Source of the DNA: a candidate division WOR-3 bacterium
GTDB lineage: Bacteria; Hydrothermota; Tepidihabitantia; Tepidihabitantales; Tepidihabitantaceae
DNA: 64,000 nucleotides
Direction of reading: 5' to 3'
Assembly: GCA_037441285.1 (NCBI GenBank)
Contig: JBBISL010000002.1
Location: 82,627-146,626, forward strand
The translations under genes and the position numbers were made by a program. The notes below the pieces were generated by a model, which worked only from the letters and a program-made list of their open reading frames with translations, was not told the DNA's origin and ran no database searches. Shown piece by piece: positions 60,618 to 64,000 of this stretch (positions within the stretch are counted from its first letter, which is position 1; each line of letters opens with the position of its first letter).

Positions 60618-63527
60618 CTATCTTGCCACCAGAATTTTTTGAGTGGCGTCAATTTTCTCGCTACCGTTCGAAATCTCAAGCCGGGCAAAATAAACCCCGG
60701 GCACGAGTGACGCCAGATTAAGCCGCACCCGCTGTTCACCAGCGGTCTGCTCCTCATTCACCAGCCGAGTTTGCTCCCGACCCGTGATGTCGTAAAGTAC
60801 CAGCCGCACCCAACCTGCCTTTGGTAATGTGTACCGGACAATTGCATTGTTAACCACCGGATTGGGCACAATCGCCAGTCGGACAATCGGCTGTTGATTC
60901 ACCTCAGCCTGTGGTCCGGGCAGATTACCGAGCGGCGGATTGAGCGGTAAGTTGGCATTGTAACGCCAGAATTCCAGTGTCTTGTTGCCTTTGAGCGCAT
61001 AGATTTTACCGCCACCATAGGCAAAAGCCCCACCCGCATAAGGCGCCTTGTTCTCGCGACCTCTTGGGAAAGTATCTGCCGTCTCAGACCAGGAGTCCCC
61101 GCGCACATCATAAAACCAGAACTCCGTAGTCTTACCACCCTTCATCGCATAAACCCTGCCAAACTCCGGGTCATAAGCCATTGCACCGCCCTTTTTCATC
61201 TTGCGCCGCTTTGTGTTCACCCGGCTATCTGGAATATCGGTTTTACGCACCCAGGTGTCCCGGTCAATTCGGTACACCCAGAATTCATAAGTTCCACCTT
61301 TCAGGAGATAAATTGTCGAATCCCCATCGGTGGCAAGCGCTGTCCCGTCTTTAATCCGCTTATTTCTGTCTCCCGGTGGCACCGCTTTCCTGACCTGCCA
61401 GGAGTCGCGCGCAATGTTGTAACTGTAAAAGTCGCTCGTATTTCCACCCCTTAAAGCGTAAATCAGATGACGCCCAGGCACATAAACCAGTCTGGCTCCA
61501 TCCTTTACTCCCCGGGTTCCTGCCGGAAAATCGGTGATTTGTTCCCAGCGATTCTCCGTAATTGAGTAACGCCAGAAATCAAAGGTGTTGTTACCCTTCA
61601 CCGCATAGACCATACCCGCAGTATCCGCAGCCAGTGAAGCGCCTTTCTTCACCCGTTTCTTGCTGCCGCTTCGACCAATCGCCGGTATGCTCTCCCGCAC
61701 CTGCCACACCTGCCGGGTGATGTTGAAGGCGTAAAACTCGGTGGTGTTGTTGCCTTTGAAGGCAAAAATTAAACTGTCCGGAGCAAATGTCAGCGCGCCA
61801 CCGTCTTTCACCCCCTTACCACGCGGACCCGGTGGCAGGTTTGCCAGTTGCTCCCAGGCCGAAACCGCGGTCACTGTACCCCAGGCGGTGTCGTTTCCCG
61901 GCTCTTTGTCGCCGTTGAGCATCGTATAACAACGCACCGTATGCTCACCCAAGTCCCGTACCAGCCAGGGATAAAAACTCACCTCTGCCGAATCGTAGGG
62001 ACCTAACGAAGGTACCTGTTGAATATCAAAGTAGAAGTTACCAATCTCAATCCGCACCGGAAATGTAAACGGCAGTGCACTGTAATTCTTCACCCGCACT
62101 CGGGGTATTACCGTTGCATCGAGCCGAAATGTGTCCTGGGGTTGAATGATAACTGACACCCCAACATCTGGTGCCGAATATTTAACCAGCGCATAGTCCT
62201 CGCTGCCTTCAAGATAGTCGTACCCTCCCACAAACACATCGCCCAGCGCATTGACCACAATCCCGTAAGGCTGGTCATCTTCATCCCAGGTGGCGTGCCG
62301 TGCCATCCATACCTGGGCACCTTCACCATTATACTTCAAAGTAACCCAGTCCAGGTCACCTTCAACCGTATAAGAGTAGCCGGTGATATACACATTGCCA
62401 AACCGGTCAACGCACATCGCGGTAACACTGTCGTCGTCACTCACATAGTTGTAAATCCGCTGCCAGTCAATTTCACCCGTTGGGGTAAGTTTAAAAAGCA
62501 GCATATCAAAATAGCCGATGTTCGTCTCGGTATAGCCGGCACAATAAACGGTACCGCCTGGTCCAACCTGAATCTCGCCCGCACCATCAAGGGCGTTTTC
62601 GCCCCAGTCAAACCGGGTTATCCATCGCGTTTCCCCATTAGGGGCATACTTAATCGTCGTCGCATCGTACCAGGTTCCGCTCTCACCGGCTCGTCCGCTT
62701 ACATAAACATTTCCTGAATCGTCCACCGCTAATGCTTGGGCGTAATCGTTCTTAATAATACTGTCGGTGGCGGTGCCATCGTAAATTCTGGTCCAGAGCG
62801 TCTCGCCCGTTCCCGCATACTTTATTGTCAGATAATCAAACCGGGAAGGCGTTCCGGTCCAGGTATATCCGGTTACAATTACCGCACCCTGCGGGTCGCG
62901 GGCAATTTTTGTTGGCAGGTCGTTGCCATTTGCCGCACCATTGTAGCGCGCCACCCAATCTTCGGTTCCAGTCGAGAGATAATGAATCGTCACGATGTCC
63001 CGGTTCGCACCGTTGGACGAATACCCGGTCAAATAAACACCGCCCATCTCATCCGGTACCAGCGCCACCGCCTTATCCGGACCGCCTGTTGAATCGTAGG
63101 TTACAAACCACGCCTCGGTTCCGTCTGTTAGATACTTTATCACCACCCAGTTGGTGTCCGCACCTGTCGTCCTAATCCAGCCGGCAACAAACACATTACC
63201 CGCACTATCACCGGCAATCGCCACCGCTTCCTCTCGCGAACCGTTTCCCAACCGCCAGGTTTGGGTCCAGACCGTATCGCCCTGCTCGGTTGAAAACTTC
63301 ACCGTTGCGATATCCCGGAAACCATCAGTACTGGCGATAAAACCGGTCATCACTATATTGCTATCCGGGGTCAGCACCATTGCCCTGCCTTCATCCCAGT
63401 CGTCAATACCGCCGTCATACCGTGCGGTCCAGACCTCAACTTGACCGGATGCGGCGCCGATTAGAACAAAAAACAACACCAGCGCCGTCGGGATAAATTT
63501 TTTGTAATGGAACATAACCTTTTGCAT
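60618..63527 (-). CDS. Secreted SBBP-like propeller + CARDB-like + basic Kelch-like propeller + CTD
   Basis: SD AAGGAGG, W.ARY(D/N)G and GNVYVSG repeats, Kelch-like repeats, PNP...LYDITGR...PGVYF...KILVAR. Confidence 0.82.
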   Translation of the reverse strand: MQKVMFHYKKFIPTALVLFFVLIGAASGQVEVWTARYDGGIDDWDEGRAMVLTPDSNIVMTGFIASTDGFRDIATVKFSTEQGDTVWTQTWRLGNGSREEAVAIAGDSAGNVFVAGWIRTTGADTNWVVIKYLTDGTEAWFVTYDSTGGPDKAVALVPDEMGGVYLTGYSSNGANRDIVTIHYLSTGTEDWVARYNGAANGNDLPTKIARDPQGAVIVTGYTWTGTPSRFDYLTIKYAGTGETLWTRIYDGTATDSIIKNDYAQALAVDDSGNVYVSGRAGESGTWYDATTIKYAPNGETRWITRFDWGENALDGAGEIQVGPGGTVYCAGYTETNIGYFDMLLFKLTPTGEIDWQRIYNYVSDDDSVTAMCVDRFGNVYITGYSYTVEGDLDWVTLKYNGEGAQVWMARHATWDEDDQPYGIVVNALGDVFVGGYDYLEGSEDYALVKYSAPDVGVSVIIQPQDTFRLDATVIPRVRVKNYSALPFTFPVRIEIGNFYFDIQQVPSLGPYDSAEVSFYPWLVRDLGEHTVRCYTMLNGDKEPGNDTAWGTVTAVSAWEQLANLPPGPRGKGVKDGGALTFAPDSLIFAFKGNNTTEFYAFNITRQVWQVRESIPAIGRSGSKKRVKKGASLAADTAGMVYAVKGNNTFDFWRYSITENRWEQITDFPAGTRGVKDGARLVYVPGRHLIYALRGGNTSDFYSYNIARDSWQVRKAVPPGDRNKRIKDGTALATDGDSTIYLLKGGTYEFWVYRIDRDTWVRKTDIPDSRVNTKRRKMKKGGAMAYDPEFGRVYAMKGGKTTEFWFYDVRGDSWSETADTFPRGRENKAPYAGGAFAYGGGKIYALKGNKTLEFWRYNANLPLNPPLGNLPGPQAEVNQQPIVRLAIVPNPVVNNAIVRYTLPKAGWVRLVLYDITGREQTRLVNEEQTAGEQRVRLNLASLVPGVYFARLEISNGSEKIDATQKILVAR

Positions 63528-63615
63528 CGTTGCCTCCTTTGTCTTAAAACTTTACAGCCGGAATGTAACCCTTTTGCAATCTGTGGAAAACTGCCACGCC
63601 CGTGGCTTCAATATT

Positions 63616-63643
63616 ATTATATGCTTAAACTCCCAAATGTCAA
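63616..63643 (-). promoter_or_regulatory. sigma70 promoter for the 63527-57296 gene pair
   Basis: Minus strand TTGACA, 16 bp, TATAAT. Confidence 0.7.
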
Positions 63644-63822
63644 TAAATCAGATTTATCAAAAGCAACTTATTGCATACTCTGCTCCTTCTGTCAATATCC
63701 ATCACTAACTCCGTTACATCATATAATTCCTTATCGTAGAGCGGTCCTTCAACTCTTTTTCCCTCCCTTGGCTTGTTTTTCTTATCTTTCTCCCCACCCT
63801 TGATAGGATTTTCATCTTTTTA

Positions 63823-63860
63823 TCCCTGCCCTTGAAGGGAGGGGAAAAAGGGGAGGGTGA
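63823..63860. repeat. Possible REP-like purine/pyrimidine hairpin element
   Basis: Minus strand TCACCCTCCCC...CCCTCCCTTCAAGGGCAGGGA imperfect hairpin; single copy in this window. Confidence 0.3.
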
Positions 63861-63929
63861 AAATGTAATGGACTCCGTTTAAACTTGTCTCAAAGAGACT
63901 AATTTAACCTCGCTTCCGCCCTTCTCCTA

Positions 63930-64000
63930 CTATTTTCCTTTAACGATTAACTTCTCGGTCCGGTTGCCCGCCTGCACAAAATACACCCCGGACTTTATGT
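63930..64000 (-). CDS. C-terminal end of another T9SS-like CTD protein (partial)
   Basis: Minus strand reads IKSGVYFVQAGNRTEKLIVKGK*; not in the ORF track. Confidence 0.7.
   Translation of the reverse strand, partial: IKSGVYFVQAGNRTEKLIVKGK

Noticed and set aside
63507..63803. 98-aa + strand ORF
   Set aside because: Runs across the promoter region of the 63527 gene, is low complexity, and has no SD or motifs.

Overview
Gene-dense bacterial chromosomal window with no mobile elements, rRNA or CRISPR array. Gene content and the many secreted proteins ending in T9SS/FlgD-like C-terminal domains suggest an FCB-related diderm such as candidate division WOR-3 (inference, not verified). Housekeeping operons: ricT-thiC-aminotransferase; prfA-prmC-nadK-pgsA-like; lysS-lolC/E-lolD-mcsA-mcsB-selA-lgt-comF; ruvX-mltG; ligA-recG; proS; an initiator tRNA-Met. 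About 29% of the window encodes large secreted beta-propeller/repeat proteins. Most notable: (1) a serine palmitoyltransferase + bacterial ceramide synthase-like operon; (2) a ComEA-type DNA-binding domain fused to a catalytically degenerate 5'-nucleotidase; (3) a Lys/Arg-rich Kelch-like module shared by three large secreted proteins; (4) apparently pervasive leaderless transcription, with a non-canonical initiator tRNA and a probable ATT start for recG; (5) a perfect 11-bp palindromic operator over the promoter of a TrmB-family regulator; (6) apbE clustered with EetA/EetB-like genes and interrupted by an AmmeMemoRadiSam radical SAM gene; (7) a decarboxylase + deoxyhypusine-synthase-like polyamine operon; (8) a +1 frameshifted acyl-CoA synthetase. 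All assignments come from motif recognition by eye; no searches were run.
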